DNA from: Thermodesulfobacteriota bacterium
Lineage (GTDB): Bacteria > Desulfobacterota_D > UBA1144 > Nemesobacterales > JAJCZQ01
Assembly (NCBI GenBank): GCA_965215275.1
Contig: OZ244044.1
Location: forward strand, 1,472,001 to 1,536,000
Direction: 5' to 3'
DNA length: 64,000 nt
Below the pieces are notes generated by a model. It made no database searches, had not been told where the DNA came from, and was given only the letters and a program-made list of their open reading frames with translations. Below, piece by piece: positions 10,235-20,382 of the stretch (position 1 is the first letter of the stretch; each line of letters opens with the position of its first letter). The position numbers and the translations under genes were made by a program.

Positions 10235-12283
10235 ATGAACATCTTATTTCGAATAATACCCCCCCCCTTCCCATCTAAGTCAGTAATTCCCTTTTTCTTT
10301 CTTCTGTGTTTTGTATCTATTGAGGCATATGGCCAGAGTAGTAATTGTAATGCCAATGCAAATATTGATGCTACGCTGACATTGGATGGAGGTAACAAAG
10401 TTGTGACCTTCCAAGCTAATGGAGGACTGAATTACTATCAGATAGACCTGACAGTCCCCGTTATCATAAATATAGATGGAATGGTCAATTCTACCACCTC
10501 CAATAACGTGCAAGCCAGTTTAGAGTTGTGTAACAGCAATGATGATCTGATAACAAGTGTAAGTGGCGGTGGCAGTGCAGATGTAGAATTGGATATTACA
10601 GCAGTTTACCTGATCCCGGGAACTTACTATATTGTTGTGAAAAGCAATGTAGCTGGAGCATCTGATGTTGAAGTTATAAAAGAAGCAGATGCATGTAGGA
10701 CTACTACCAGTTTCAATGATCCCTTATACGGCTGTCAGTGGCATCTGAAAAACACAGGACAGCTCGGGGATATAACTAGCTCTGGAGAAGATATAAACGT
10801 AGAAGGGGTGTGGGATGATAATGTATTCGGTGCTGGAATTAACGTGGCAGTGGTAGATGATGGTATGCAGACGGGTCATGAGGACCTTACTGATAATGTA
10901 AATACCAGCCTGAATCATGATTATTCAGGGAACAATGACGTATACGACCCTTCAAAAGCTCGTGGTACACGTGTATCGGGAGTTATAGCAGCAACAGGTG
11001 ATAACAGCCTTGGAGTAAGAGGCGCAGCACCCCAGGCAGGCATCTATAGTTATAACTTAGCTGGTAATTTAACTTCCGCTAACGCAAAGGATGCTATGAT
11101 CCGTAACAGAGATACAACGGCCGTATCCGTCAATAACTGGGGACCGGAGGACACGTCTGTTCTTATAGAGGCTTCATCAGAGTGGGAGGAAGGAGTGGGA
11201 ATGGGTATAAGTGAAGGGCTTGGTGGTAAAGGGGTATTTTACGTGTGGGCGACTGGAAACAGAGGTGACAACCGCGGTCAGGCTAATTTTGATGAATATT
11301 CCAACTACTACGCAGTAACTGCCGTATGTTCGGTAGATAGAGAAGGAAACAAAAGTTCTTTTTCAGAAGAGGGAGTAAATCTGTGGGTATGTGCTCCAGG
11401 TGAAGATATTACAACTACTGATAATAACGATGGATATATTTTTGATGCAAGTGGAACGGCATATTCAGCAGCGCAGGTTGCAGGTGTGGCGGCACTGATG
11501 AGAGAGGTAAACAGTGATCTTAGCTGGAGAGACCTTAAACTGATACTTGCAGCTTCAGCCCGTAAGAACGACGGTTCTGACACGGGCTGGGAGACAGGGG
11601 CACATAAATACGGTTCTGATACAGAAAGTTATAATTACAACCCTAAGTACGGTTTTGGTGTGGTAGATGCTGAAGCAGCAGTAGGGCTTGCTGAAAGCTG
11701 GACTAATGTTCCAAGGATGAGAACTCAGACCGCTTCTTCTGGAACTATTGATATGGCAATCCCCGACTACAATGACGCAACTTCAACAGACGGAGTACTT
11801 GTTTCCAGACTGACAATACCAGATACTTCTCTTTCTTTTACAGAGTTTGTAGAGGTAGAGCTTAATTTCTCTCACACATACTTACCAGACCTGAACATAC
11901 AGATAACCTCTCCTGACGGTACTGTGTCGCAACTTACTGAGATAGATTCAAACAGCTTTGGTTACACAGATAAAACTCATCGTTTTGGTTCAGCCAGGCA
12001 CCTTGGAGAAGACCCTGCTGGAGAATGGACTTTGAAAATATCTGACACTGTTTCTGACGATACAGGGACGTTACACTCGTGGAGCATTAAAGTCTATGGT
12101 CACAGTAAGGAAGATACAGTACGAAGACCAGGAACACCAGGTGCTGATTCAGGTGGAGGAGGATGTGCGGTCTCCGATCAGAGAGGCGTTATTCCTGATC
12201 TGCTCGGAGCAGTGGCATGTCTGATGCTTATACCTGTATCTGTAGTGATCAGAAGGAAGATAAGGTCTCATATAAAGATGTAA
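10235..12283 (+). CDS. S8/kexin-like pseudoprotease copy 1: signal peptide, PPC-like domain, S8, P domain, GGGGC-TM-RRK tail; in frame
   Basis: QWHL, VAVVDDG, RGTRVSG (His->Arg), SGTAYSAA (Ser->Ala), YGFG, FGSARHLGE P domain; C9 at 10259-10267; start at 10235 by homology to copy 3 (ATG 10223 overlaps the -10 box). Confidence 0.85.
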   Translation: MNILFRIIPPPFPSKSVIPFFFLLCFVSIEAYGQSSNCNANANIDATLTLDGGNKVVTFQANGGLNYYQIDLTVPVIINIDGMVNSTTSNNVQASLELCNSNDDLITSVSGGGSADVELDITAVYLIPGTYYIVVKSNVAGASDVEVIKEADACRTTTSFNDPLYGCQWHLKNTGQLGDITSSGEDINVEGVWDDNVFGAGINVAVVDDGMQTGHEDLTDNVNTSLNHDYSGNNDVYDPSKARGTRVSGVIAATGDNSLGVRGAAPQAGIYSYNLAGNLTSANAKDAMIRNRDTTAVSVNNWGPEDTSVLIEASSEWEEGVGMGISEGLGGKGVFYVWATGNRGDNRGQANFDEYSNYYAVTAVCSVDREGNKSSFSEEGVNLWVCAPGEDITTTDNNDGYIFDASGTAYSAAQVAGVAALMREVNSDLSWRDLKLILAASARKNDGSDTGWETGAHKYGSDTESYNYNPKYGFGVVDAEAAVGLAESWTNVPRMRTQTASSGTIDMAIPDYNDATSTDGVLVSRLTIPDTSLSFTEFVEVELNFSHTYLPDLNIQITSPDGTVSQLTEIDSNSFGYTDKTHRFGSARHLGEDPAGEWTLKISDTVSDDTGTLHSWSIKVYGHSKEDTVRRPGTPGADSGGGGCAVSDQRGVIPDLLGAVACLMLIPVSVVIRRKIRSHIKM

Positions 12284-12407
12284 CAATGCAGTCTCTTTCC
12301 AGAATGTTGAATTAATTAAGATCTTTCCCATCAAAATATCTGCTGGCTGCTTATGAGAGAAGGAACGGTATCTTTCTGTTAAAGTCCTTTTTTCCTTTGG
12401 TTTATAA

Positions 12408-12689
12408 TTATTTTGCCATCCCGGCATATGCAACCGGTCGGGTGTCTCCGAACGTCTTTACAAGTGTTTCAAGGAATTCTTCGGAATGCTCGGAGCAGAA
12501 AAAATAGGTTAGAACAGTGTTACCGGACTTGGTTACGCTTAATACCTGGTAGTGGCGGCTGCAAAGGTCTTTGTTGCACATTACACATTCTTTTATCGCC
12601 AGTCTTTCTCCTTCAAGAGTACATCTTTCCCCGTCCTCTCCTATGTTGTCACACTGATATACCTCAACGGATATTTTCCTTTTTGACAT
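12408..12689 (-). CDS. Small Cys/His-rich hypothetical protein, possibly zinc-binding
   Basis: CVMC, CSRH and CSEH motifs; AGGAG RBS upstream. Confidence 0.65.
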   Translation of the reverse strand: MSKRKISVEVYQCDNIGEDGERCTLEGERLAIKECVMCNKDLCSRHYQVLSVTKSGNTVLTYFFCSEHSEEFLETLVKTFGDTRPVAYAGMAK

Positions 12690-13100
12690 CTATTCTCTCC
12701 TTATAGTTTTATATACACTCCATTTTTTACATTAATAAGTATAGGAATTATAAAGATTGATTTACAAGAAATAAAATTTTTAATAATAAGCATTAGGAAA
12801 ATCAGAATATCCATAACGGATATAAATCTGTATCGGGTGGAGCAGTTAAAATGGGGAAAAGACTCCCGGTGGGTGCTATGGGTATTTTAAAATCAAAAGA
12901 ACAAGAGGAACTTTGCACTCAGAACGGTAAAGGTATTGTCGTCGGACGATCTTTATAGTTCTCACAAGCATATAAGATTGACGGCGATATGATCAGTCTG
13001 AATAACAGCGGTATTTAACTGATTTGCAATCCAACGAGATTTAGTAGACAGTATTACCCGCACAAATTATATTTTGTAAAATTTATTAAGCTATATAAGA

Positions 13101-14069
13101 ATGATCTCCACCAATCAAGCTATTAACGGGACTCTGAAGTTTTTATACAATCGGATCACGAAAAGGCCCACACTTGTAAATCTTGAAGTAACAAAGCTGT
13201 GTAACGCTACGTGTGATTTTTGTGATTACTGGCAGACAAAGCACGAGGAAAGAATTACCGATTACAGACCCGTAATTAAAAAAATTAATCCTCTGGTGAC
13301 GGTAATTACCGGCGGGGAGCCAATGTTAAGAAAGGACCTTCCTGATATTGTCAGGCAGATCAAAGAGTGTTCAATGTTTATTTTTGTCTCTATGGTAACA
13401 AAAGGGGACCTGTTGACCGTTGATAAGGCGAAAGAACTTTTTGAGGCAGGTATGGACCAGATAGCAGTTTCTCTGGATTTTCCCGGCAAGACCCACGATA
13501 CGTATCGCGGGATACCTGGTCTCTGGGACCATATTTCTGAATTGATGCCTAAACTTGCTGAAGTTTTTCCAAAGAAAACAGTGGTTTTAAATACAATAAT
13601 TATGGAGGATAACCTTGATCAGGTCGTAAAGATAGCAGAGAAAGCAAGAGAGTGGGGTGTCAGGATATCTTTTAGTTCTTACTCCGTGATGAAAACAAAC
13701 AACGAAGGTCATTTTATCAGGAAAAAGCAGTTACAGAAAGTTAAGGACGTGATCGATGAACTTATAGAACTGAGGCAACAGTGGAAGGGAACGATTCTGT
13801 CCACGGAATATTATTTAAGGATGGTACCTGCTTATTTTGAAAACGGTGGAGTTCCAGACTGCTTTGCTGGTGTAAGTCACCTTCAGGTTACCCCGAGTGG
13901 GCATTTAAAAAGGTGTTCGGAAATGCCCGTTGTTGCACGCTACGATGAATACAGCCCTGAACTGTTTGACAAAACAAAGTGTGAGGCATGCTGGTACAGT
14001 TGCAGAGGTGAGACACAGAGCCCTGCCAACGTTAGAAGAATGCTTGAATACATGGGGGTCTGGCTTTAA
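13101..14069 (+). CDS. Radical SAM protein with SPASM/twitch-like C-terminus
   Basis: CNATCDFC (CxxxCxxC), TGGEP, C-terminal CFAG...C...CEACWYSC. Confidence 0.9.
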   Translation: MISTNQAINGTLKFLYNRITKRPTLVNLEVTKLCNATCDFCDYWQTKHEERITDYRPVIKKINPLVTVITGGEPMLRKDLPDIVRQIKECSMFIFVSMVTKGDLLTVDKAKELFEAGMDQIAVSLDFPGKTHDTYRGIPGLWDHISELMPKLAEVFPKKTVVLNTIIMEDNLDQVVKIAEKAREWGVRISFSSYSVMKTNNEGHFIRKKQLQKVKDVIDELIELRQQWKGTILSTEYYLRMVPAYFENGGVPDCFAGVSHLQVTPSGHLKRCSEMPVVARYDEYSPELFDKTKCEACWYSCRGETQSPANVRRMLEYMGVWL

Positions 14070-14276
14070 ACTCATTTGACGGGTTTTAACGGTTGCGTTC
14101 CTGATGCTGTAAACTTAACACAGCAGGGAAGTTATCAGCGATTTTACCTGCCTGTTTCTTATAGACGTTGCCATCTGAATACCATCTGTTGTGAAGATTG
14201 ATTTTTCAGAAGTCGTACCGCTTGGTGTAGCAGAGAGGTTCTTGTTTCTATTAAAGGGAATTATATTTATACACGC

Positions 14277-14414
14277 TTGACATTCGTTCATAATACAAAG
14301 TAAAATGAAAGGGTTATGAGTATGAACGTATCTTTTAGAGTAATACGCCTTTTTAATGATAGTGAAAGTAAATCTTTCAAAGTGAAATACAGTTTAACTT
14401 ACCTTTTATTATAA
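14277..14414 (+). pseudogene. Orphan family promoter plus remnant 5' end of a copy-1/3-type gene
   Basis: TTGACA-18nt-TAAAAT at 14277-14306; ATG 14316 reads MSMNVSFRVI (compare MNISFRII of copy 3), then diverges and stops after 32 codons. Confidence 0.55.
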
Positions 14415-14437
14415 ACATGCATAGATATTGTTCATAC

Positions 14438-14466
14438 TTGACATTACGGCGGAACGGAAGTAAAAT
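14438..14466 (+). promoter_or_regulatory. Sigma70-type promoter of copy 2
   Basis: TTGACA-17nt-TAAAAT; ATG 9 nt downstream at 14476. Confidence 0.75.
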
Positions 14467-14561
14467 ATCGGCATCATGAAAAATCCAAACGTAAAAAAGC
14501 GTAGTTCTATTACCCCCCCCCGTGTATACCCGACCTTTCAGCTGTATACGGGTATCCTGCA

Positions 14562-17500
14562 ATGACAATGCTTAAGTTCATATCCCCCCCCCCGTCTAAG
14601 TCCATACTTCCCCTTGTCCTTTTCCTTCTGTGCGTAATCACCGTGGTTGCAAGTGGACAGGGCAGTGAAAAGGACCCGTTCTCCGAATGCAGGGGTATCA
14701 GTGCAGACGCGGAAGATCCGCTGTACGGATGTCAGTGGCATCTGAGGAACACTGGACAGCTTAGTTATTCCGGAAAGAGGACAACTGCGGGAGAGGATAT
14801 AAACGTGGAGGGAGTGTGGAACGACGGGATATCCGGTGCCGGGATCAATATAGCAGTGGCAGGTGACGGCGTCGACCTTTCCCATGAGGACCTTTCTGCG
14901 AACGTCCGTTCCGGACCGAACCACAGTTTTTCTGGAAAAAACAATTCCGGAAAGAACAGTTTTGAGAAAAACAATTCAGAAAGCGGTGATCTTTCCGATA
15001 GTTCATCCCTTACCGGAACGCGAGCAGCAGGAGTAATAGCAGCAACTGGATATAACGGACTGGGAGTAAGAGGAGTTGCACCTGGTGCTAGTATATACAG
15101 TAATGAGTTAACAGAAGATCTCAGTGAAACAGAAGCAATGGTGCGTAATAAAGAAATAACTGCAGTATCCGTTAACGACCGGGGATCTGAGGAGGGAGTT
15201 TTATTACAGGGGGCTTCGGCTGAGTGGGAAGAGGGAGTGGAAGAGGGTATAAGGGAAGGGTTTTACGGCAGGGGAATATTTTACGTCCTGGGAGCAGGGG
15301 ACGGACATGAGAGCGGAGATCAGGCTAATTTTTCTGAATATTCCAACTATTACGGTGTAACGGCGGTATGTTCAACTGACGGCTTTGGAAAGAAGAGTAT
15401 ATTTTCAGAAGAGGGAGTAAATCTCTGGGTATGTGCACCTGGTTCTGATATTGTGACCACTGATAACGACGACGGCTACGCCGTGGCTTCCGGAACATTT
15501 CTTTCAGCTTCACAGGTTGGAGGAGTGGCAGCACTGCTGAGAGAAATAAATGGAAACCTGAGCTGGAGGGATATAAAGCTTATACTTGCGGGTTCGGCAC
15601 GGCAGAACGATCTTTCTGACATGAGCTGGGAGACAGGAGCATTTAAATACGGTTCTGATACTGAAAGATATAATTATAACCCTAAGTATGGTTTTGGTGT
15701 GGTAGACGCGGAGGCGGCCGCAGAGCTTGCCGGAAGCTGGAAAGGAGTGGGAGAAATGAGGACCGTTACAGCTTCCTCGGATAATGAACTGACGATCCCT
15801 GATGGAGAAGGAGAGGCGGACGGGGTCCTTACCTCCAGACTTATGATTTCGGACCTGGAGGAAATATTTACGGAGTTCGTTGAGGTAGAACTCGTTCTCT
15901 CGTGTGACTGCCTGCAGGACCTCAATATACGGATAACCTCTCCTTCCGGGACAGTATCGGAACTTGTGCGGGAGTCTGCCAGTGAGTTTGTAAGGGGATC
16001 TTCGAATGAAGAAAACGACTGCGTCAGTTACCTGGGGAAAAAACATCGTTTCGGTTCGGCAAGACACCTCGGGGAAGACCCTTCCGGAGAATGGACCCTT
16101 AAGATATATAATACTGCTTCCGGAGATGAAGAAGATACAGAAAATACCGTTACCCTGCACTCATGGAGCATCAGGGTATACGGGCACGGGAAGGGGGATA
16201 CTTTAACGGACTTTGGCGGGGAGATCACTGCCAAGGCTTTAACTTTGGGTAATGTTCCTGGTGGTAGGCTGACCTGGACGCAACATAAGCTGGTAAACGC
16301 AAGGTTATTCGAGGCAGCCGGAGGCAGGCCGCCGTATACTTACAGTTTAGCTCCTTTACCTCCTGGATTGAATTTTAACGGAACCACCAGAATTATAAAC
16401 GGGAGACCGACCGCTGCAGGTGACACCGACGTTCAGTATACGGCAAGAGACGCAAATAACGATACGGCACGGAGTGACTTCGTTATAAGGATAACGGCGA
16501 ACGCCGCGCCGGTTTTTGGCAGCAAGACGGTTGCTGCTCAGGTGTACACGGCAAGGAAAGCAATAGAACCATTGGAACTTCCCGAGGCAACGGGAGGGGA
16601 TGGAACCTTGACTTACAATATAAGTGGTAACGTCAGGGGTATAGGGTTGAACTTTAACCGTAACACAAGGATACTGAGCGGAATGCCCACCAGTGTTACG
16701 CCTGGTATTACAGCCGTTTATACCGCCACTGACGCAGATGGAGATACTGCCGAACTGAGGTTCAATATACGGGTAAGACATCAGAACGACATACCGACCT
16801 TTGGCAGTCAGACGGTAGATGATCAGAATTGGGTTAACGGCAGTGCAGTAAGGCTAACGCTGCCTCGTGCAAGAAACGGGAACGGAACGTTAATTTACAG
16901 TTTAGGGCTTGCCGTTAACATGAATGCATTACTTGCCGGACTGGATTTTAACAGAAACACCAGAGTGTTAAGCGGAACGCTCAGGATACCCCCGGCGGCA
17001 ATACCTCCTGCTGGGATTACACACAGATATACGGTAACGGACAGTGATAACGATACTCATGAAAGTGATTCTGACAGTTTGACCTTCGGGATCACTGTAT
17101 CAGCGGACGCAATGCCGACCTTTAGCAGTGAGACGATAGATGATAAGGAATACATAGCAGGAAGTCAGATAAAGCCGGTAACGCTGCCAGTGGCAACATC
17201 GGGGAATACTCCGTTAACCTACGGTATAACCCCTGCTTTGCCTGATGGACTGGACTTTGATCCTGCTACCCGGGTGCTGAGCGGAACACCGACCACTGCG
17301 ATGTCTCAGACTACCTATACATATACAGTAACGGACGTAGATGACGACCCGGCTGAGTTAACGTTTGATATCACTGTATCAGCGGACGCAATGCCGACCT
17401 TCGGCGGTGCGACGATAGAAGACAGGACGACCGTTAACGGCGTTACGGCAGTAATGGAAACACTGCCTCTTGCAACAGGAGGGAACGGAACGCTGACTTA

Positions 17501-18140
17501 CAGTTTAACTGATGCCGGTTCAAATGCTTTGAATTTATTTGCCGGACTGGACTTTGATGAAAACACCCGGGTGCTGAGCGGAACACCCGATATCGGTTCA
17601 GCGTTCCTTGATCTGCTTCCCGTAACCGAGACCTATACGTGGATGGTAGCGGACGAAGATGAAGACATGGACGAGTTGACGTTCAGTATAATTATAGAAG
17701 CAGACAGCGAACCTGACCTCAGCGGTGAGACGATAGATGATCAGGTGTACACGGGGACCCCTGTAACTCTTCCTGAGGCAACGGGAGGGAACCCGCCGTT
17801 AAGATACAGTATAATGCCTCGTTTACCAGATGGATTGAGTTTTGATCCTGCTACCAGAAGGATAAGCGGGACACCGACTGCTGCAGCACCTGAGAATACT
17901 TACACGTACACGGTAACGGACAGCAATGACGACGTGGACGTGTTGACTTTCAGGCTCAGTGCAGTTCCGCCACGAGGACCGATGACGTCAGATACCGGTT
18001 CAGGCGGAGGTGGAGGAGGATGTGCCGTCTCGGATCAGAGCAGCGTTGCTTCTGATATCTTTGGAGCAGTGGCATTTCTGATGCTCATACCCGTGTCAGT
18101 ATTTATCAGAAGGAGAAGAAGACCTCATATAAAGACATAG
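14562..18140 (+). CDS. S8-like pseudoprotease copy 2 with six Ig-like (He_PIG-type) repeats and GGGGC-TM tail; probable true start 14476 is out of frame at the C9 tract
   Basis: IAVAGDG (Asp->Gly), TGTRAAG (His->Thr), SGTFLSAS (Ser->Phe); repeats of LPxATGG...LP.GL.F...TR.LSGTP; C9 at 14513-14521, C10 at 14584-14593. Confidence 0.85.
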   Translation: MTMLKFISPPPSKSILPLVLFLLCVITVVASGQGSEKDPFSECRGISADAEDPLYGCQWHLRNTGQLSYSGKRTTAGEDINVEGVWNDGISGAGINIAVAGDGVDLSHEDLSANVRSGPNHSFSGKNNSGKNSFEKNNSESGDLSDSSSLTGTRAAGVIAATGYNGLGVRGVAPGASIYSNELTEDLSETEAMVRNKEITAVSVNDRGSEEGVLLQGASAEWEEGVEEGIREGFYGRGIFYVLGAGDGHESGDQANFSEYSNYYGVTAVCSTDGFGKKSIFSEEGVNLWVCAPGSDIVTTDNDDGYAVASGTFLSASQVGGVAALLREINGNLSWRDIKLILAGSARQNDLSDMSWETGAFKYGSDTERYNYNPKYGFGVVDAEAAAELAGSWKGVGEMRTVTASSDNELTIPDGEGEADGVLTSRLMISDLEEIFTEFVEVELVLSCDCLQDLNIRITSPSGTVSELVRESASEFVRGSSNEENDCVSYLGKKHRFGSARHLGEDPSGEWTLKIYNTASGDEEDTENTVTLHSWSIRVYGHGKGDTLTDFGGEITAKALTLGNVPGGRLTWTQHKLVNARLFEAAGGRPPYTYSLAPLPPGLNFNGTTRIINGRPTAAGDTDVQYTARDANNDTARSDFVIRITANAAPVFGSKTVAAQVYTARKAIEPLELPEATGGDGTLTYNISGNVRGIGLNFNRNTRILSGMPTSVTPGITAVYTATDADGDTAELRFNIRVRHQNDIPTFGSQTVDDQNWVNGSAVRLTLPRARNGNGTLIYSLGLAVNMNALLAGLDFNRNTRVLSGTLRIPPAAIPPAGITHRYTVTDSDNDTHESDSDSLTFGITVSADAMPTFSSETIDDKEYIAGSQIKPVTLPVATSGNTPLTYGITPALPDGLDFDPATRVLSGTPTTAMSQTTYTYTVTDVDDDPAELTFDITVSADAMPTFGGATIEDRTTVNGVTAVMETLPLATGGNGTLTYSLTDAGSNALNLFAGLDFDENTRVLSGTPDIGSAFLDLLPVTETYTWMVADEDEDMDELTFSIIIEADSEPDLSGETIDDQVYTGTPVTLPEATGGNPPLRYSIMPRLPDGLSFDPATRRISGTPTAAAPENTYTYTVTDSNDDVDVLTFRLSAVPPRGPMTSDTGSGGGGGGCAVSDQSSVASDIFGAVAFLMLIPVSVFIRRRRRPHIKT

Positions 18141-18200
18141 TAATGTGGTCCTTTAAAGAGCATTTCTGAGAGAGAATTGGAGTCTGCTGCTAATAAAAAA

Positions 18201-18608
18201 GGGGGCTATATACAATGTTGCCCAAATTGTATATAATGGTGACAAGAGATTAAAACATAAGAACTTAACAAGATGAACAATCCTTCTACCCCCCCCCATC
18301 AAATACGCTGTTTTATGGTGATTGTTTAGATGTAATACAACAATGGTCAGAGGGTTTTGTTGACCTGTGCTACCTTGACCCACCGTTTAACTCTAAGACA
18401 ACTTACAATATCCTATTTGGGGAAAAAAGTAACAATAGAACTCAAGCCGTTGCTGTTAAAGATACATGGTCTTGGGACGATAAAGCACTTGAACGAGTAA
18501 GTAAGATAAAAAAAGCCGTAGGTCATGGTGCTCATCAGTCTATAACAGGATTACATTCAAAAAAGAATTGATGCTTTTTTATTTTGGGCAACATTGTATA
18601 TAGTCCCC
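18201..18608. mobile_element. MITE-like non-autonomous IS1595-type element (408 bp)
   Basis: 26-bp TIRs: GGGGGCTATATACAATGTTGCCCAAA (18201-18226) and the inverse of GGGGACTATATACAATGTTGCCCAAA (18583-18608), 1 mismatch; same GGGGACTATATAC end as the intact IS at 44018-47071; no clear TSD. Confidence 0.75.
18273..18571 (+). pseudogene. Truncated, frameshifted N6/N4 DNA methyltransferase (beta-class N-terminus)
   Basis: After C9 (18289-18297) one frame reads PSNTLFYGDCLDVIQQWSEGFVDLCYLDPPFNSKTTYNILF...KDTWSW; DPPF motif IV present, motif I absent; ATG 18273 is one C out of frame. Confidence 0.8.
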
Positions 18609-18762
18609 TTTCTTTATTAAAGGGGATTTTGTCGTTAGATCTGTACTATAACTACTCTCTTGGTTGTGAAAACTCTAACTTATCCCCGTTAGAAGCGTTG
18701 TATTTGCCACGGGATCAGCGGTGGGTGCAGCCTTTTAAATGATCGTTAATAAATAGTTTCTC

Positions 18763-20211
18763 TTACTTTACCTTCCATACGGTTCTTCCAGGCTTGTCTT
18801 CAAGGATTATGCCTTTTTTATGCAGCTCGTTTCTTATCTGATCGGCTTTGTCCCATTTCTTCTCAGACCTTGCGTTGTTCCTTTTCTTAATAAGGTCTTC
18901 TATCTCTTCCGGGGTTATATCAACTGGTTTTTTGGAAGATCTTTTACTTTCCAGGTACTCATCGGGTGTTTTTTCAAGTATTCCCAGCACGTTTGCAAAT
19001 TTATTGATCTCCTTTAACGATTCACCAAGGGTTTTAGTCCATCCATGGCTATCAATGGATTTATTTATCGTTCTTATAAGCTCGAACATATTGCCTATTG
19101 CATTGGCTGTATTAAAATCATCGCACATTGCCTTATGCCATTTATTTCTGAACTTCTCGAGGTTTTCTTCCAGCTCCGGGTCATATCTGGATGGACTGGA
19201 AGCATCTTTGATCTCATAAGCTCTTTTGAGAGTTGTATAGATCCTCTCTATCGAGGCCTCGGTGTCATCCATGACCTGCTCGGAGAAATCAACTGGATTT
19301 TGATAGTGATGCGAGAGAAAGAAAAGCCTGATCGATTCCGGACTCCATTTTTTCACGGCATTTTGAATGGTAAAGAAATTCCCAAGGGATTTTGACATCT
19401 TTTTACTGTCGATCTGAATAAGTCCATTATGTAACCAGTACCTGGCAAAAGGCTTGCCACTTGCCGCTTCGGACTGAGCAATTTCATTTTCATGATGAGG
19501 AAATATAAGATCTTTGCCTCCTCCGTGTATCTCAAAACTATCTCCAAGGTATTCCATGCTCATGGCTGAACACTCAATGTGCCATCCAGGTCTTCCTTCG
19601 CCCCAGGGACTTGACCATGAAGGTTCACCTTCTTTTGCACCTTTCCAAAGTGCAAAATCAAGTGGATCTTCTTTTTTTTCATTAATATCAATACGCACGC
19701 CCTCAAGCATATTATCAGCGGACCTTTTAGAGAGCTTCCCATATTCCTTGAACTTTCTCACTGAGAAAAAAACGTCGTTACCTGAAACGTAGGCTTGTCC
19801 TTTATTGATTATCTTCTTTATAATTTCTATTATCTTGTCAATGTGCTCCGTTACTTTTGGTTCTACGTCAGGCGTCTGAACTCCAATTGCGGCCATATCC
19901 TGTCTGTATTCGCTTATATACCTTTCAGAGATCTTTTCACAGGATACTCCAAGTTCATTTGCACGCCTGATTATCTTGTCGTCAACGTCAGTGTAGTTTC
20001 TGACAAAAGTAACGTCGTAGCCCACGTATCTCAGAAAACGCTGTATAACGTCAAACGAGACCGCGGACCTTGCGTGTCCGAGATGAGCAGAGTCGTAAAC
20101 CGTCGGTCCGCACGCGTATATTCTTACTTTTTTACCCTTTTGCGGGATCAGCTTTTCTTTTTTCTGCGTAAGGCCGTTATATATGGTTATTTCAGGCAGG
20201 TTTTCATTCAT
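18763..20211 (-). CDS. cysS: Cysteine--tRNA ligase
   Basis: CGPTVYD, HLGH, GRPGWHIECSAM, FPHHENE and KMSKS motifs. Confidence 0.98.
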   Translation of the reverse strand: MNENLPEITIYNGLTQKKEKLIPQKGKKVRIYACGPTVYDSAHLGHARSAVSFDVIQRFLRYVGYDVTFVRNYTDVDDKIIRRANELGVSCEKISERYISEYRQDMAAIGVQTPDVEPKVTEHIDKIIEIIKKIINKGQAYVSGNDVFFSVRKFKEYGKLSKRSADNMLEGVRIDINEKKEDPLDFALWKGAKEGEPSWSSPWGEGRPGWHIECSAMSMEYLGDSFEIHGGGKDLIFPHHENEIAQSEAASGKPFARYWLHNGLIQIDSKKMSKSLGNFFTIQNAVKKWSPESIRLFFLSHHYQNPVDFSEQVMDDTEASIERIYTTLKRAYEIKDASSPSRYDPELEENLEKFRNKWHKAMCDDFNTANAIGNMFELIRTINKSIDSHGWTKTLGESLKEINKFANVLGILEKTPDEYLESKRSSKKPVDITPEEIEDLIKKRNNARSEKKWDKADQIRNELHKKGIILEDKPGRTVWKVK

Positions 20212-20382
20212 CGTTTCTGTCTCTGATCTCTAATGATGTTTTCATACTATCTGCTTATGAGTTTTTACAGTATTTCCTTTAGCTTCGCAAGCAGGACCTG
20301 TCGCATTGCCGCCATGGTAACCAGTCTTAACTGTCTTCGGGAAGCACCTTCAACTTAAAAAAGAGGTTCATTTCAGCGGCCG

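Noticed and set aside
12700..13100. 400-bp intergenic region as a possible ncRNA or riboswitch
   Set aside because: No recognisable family motif or stable structure by eye; an Rfam/Infernal scan would be needed.
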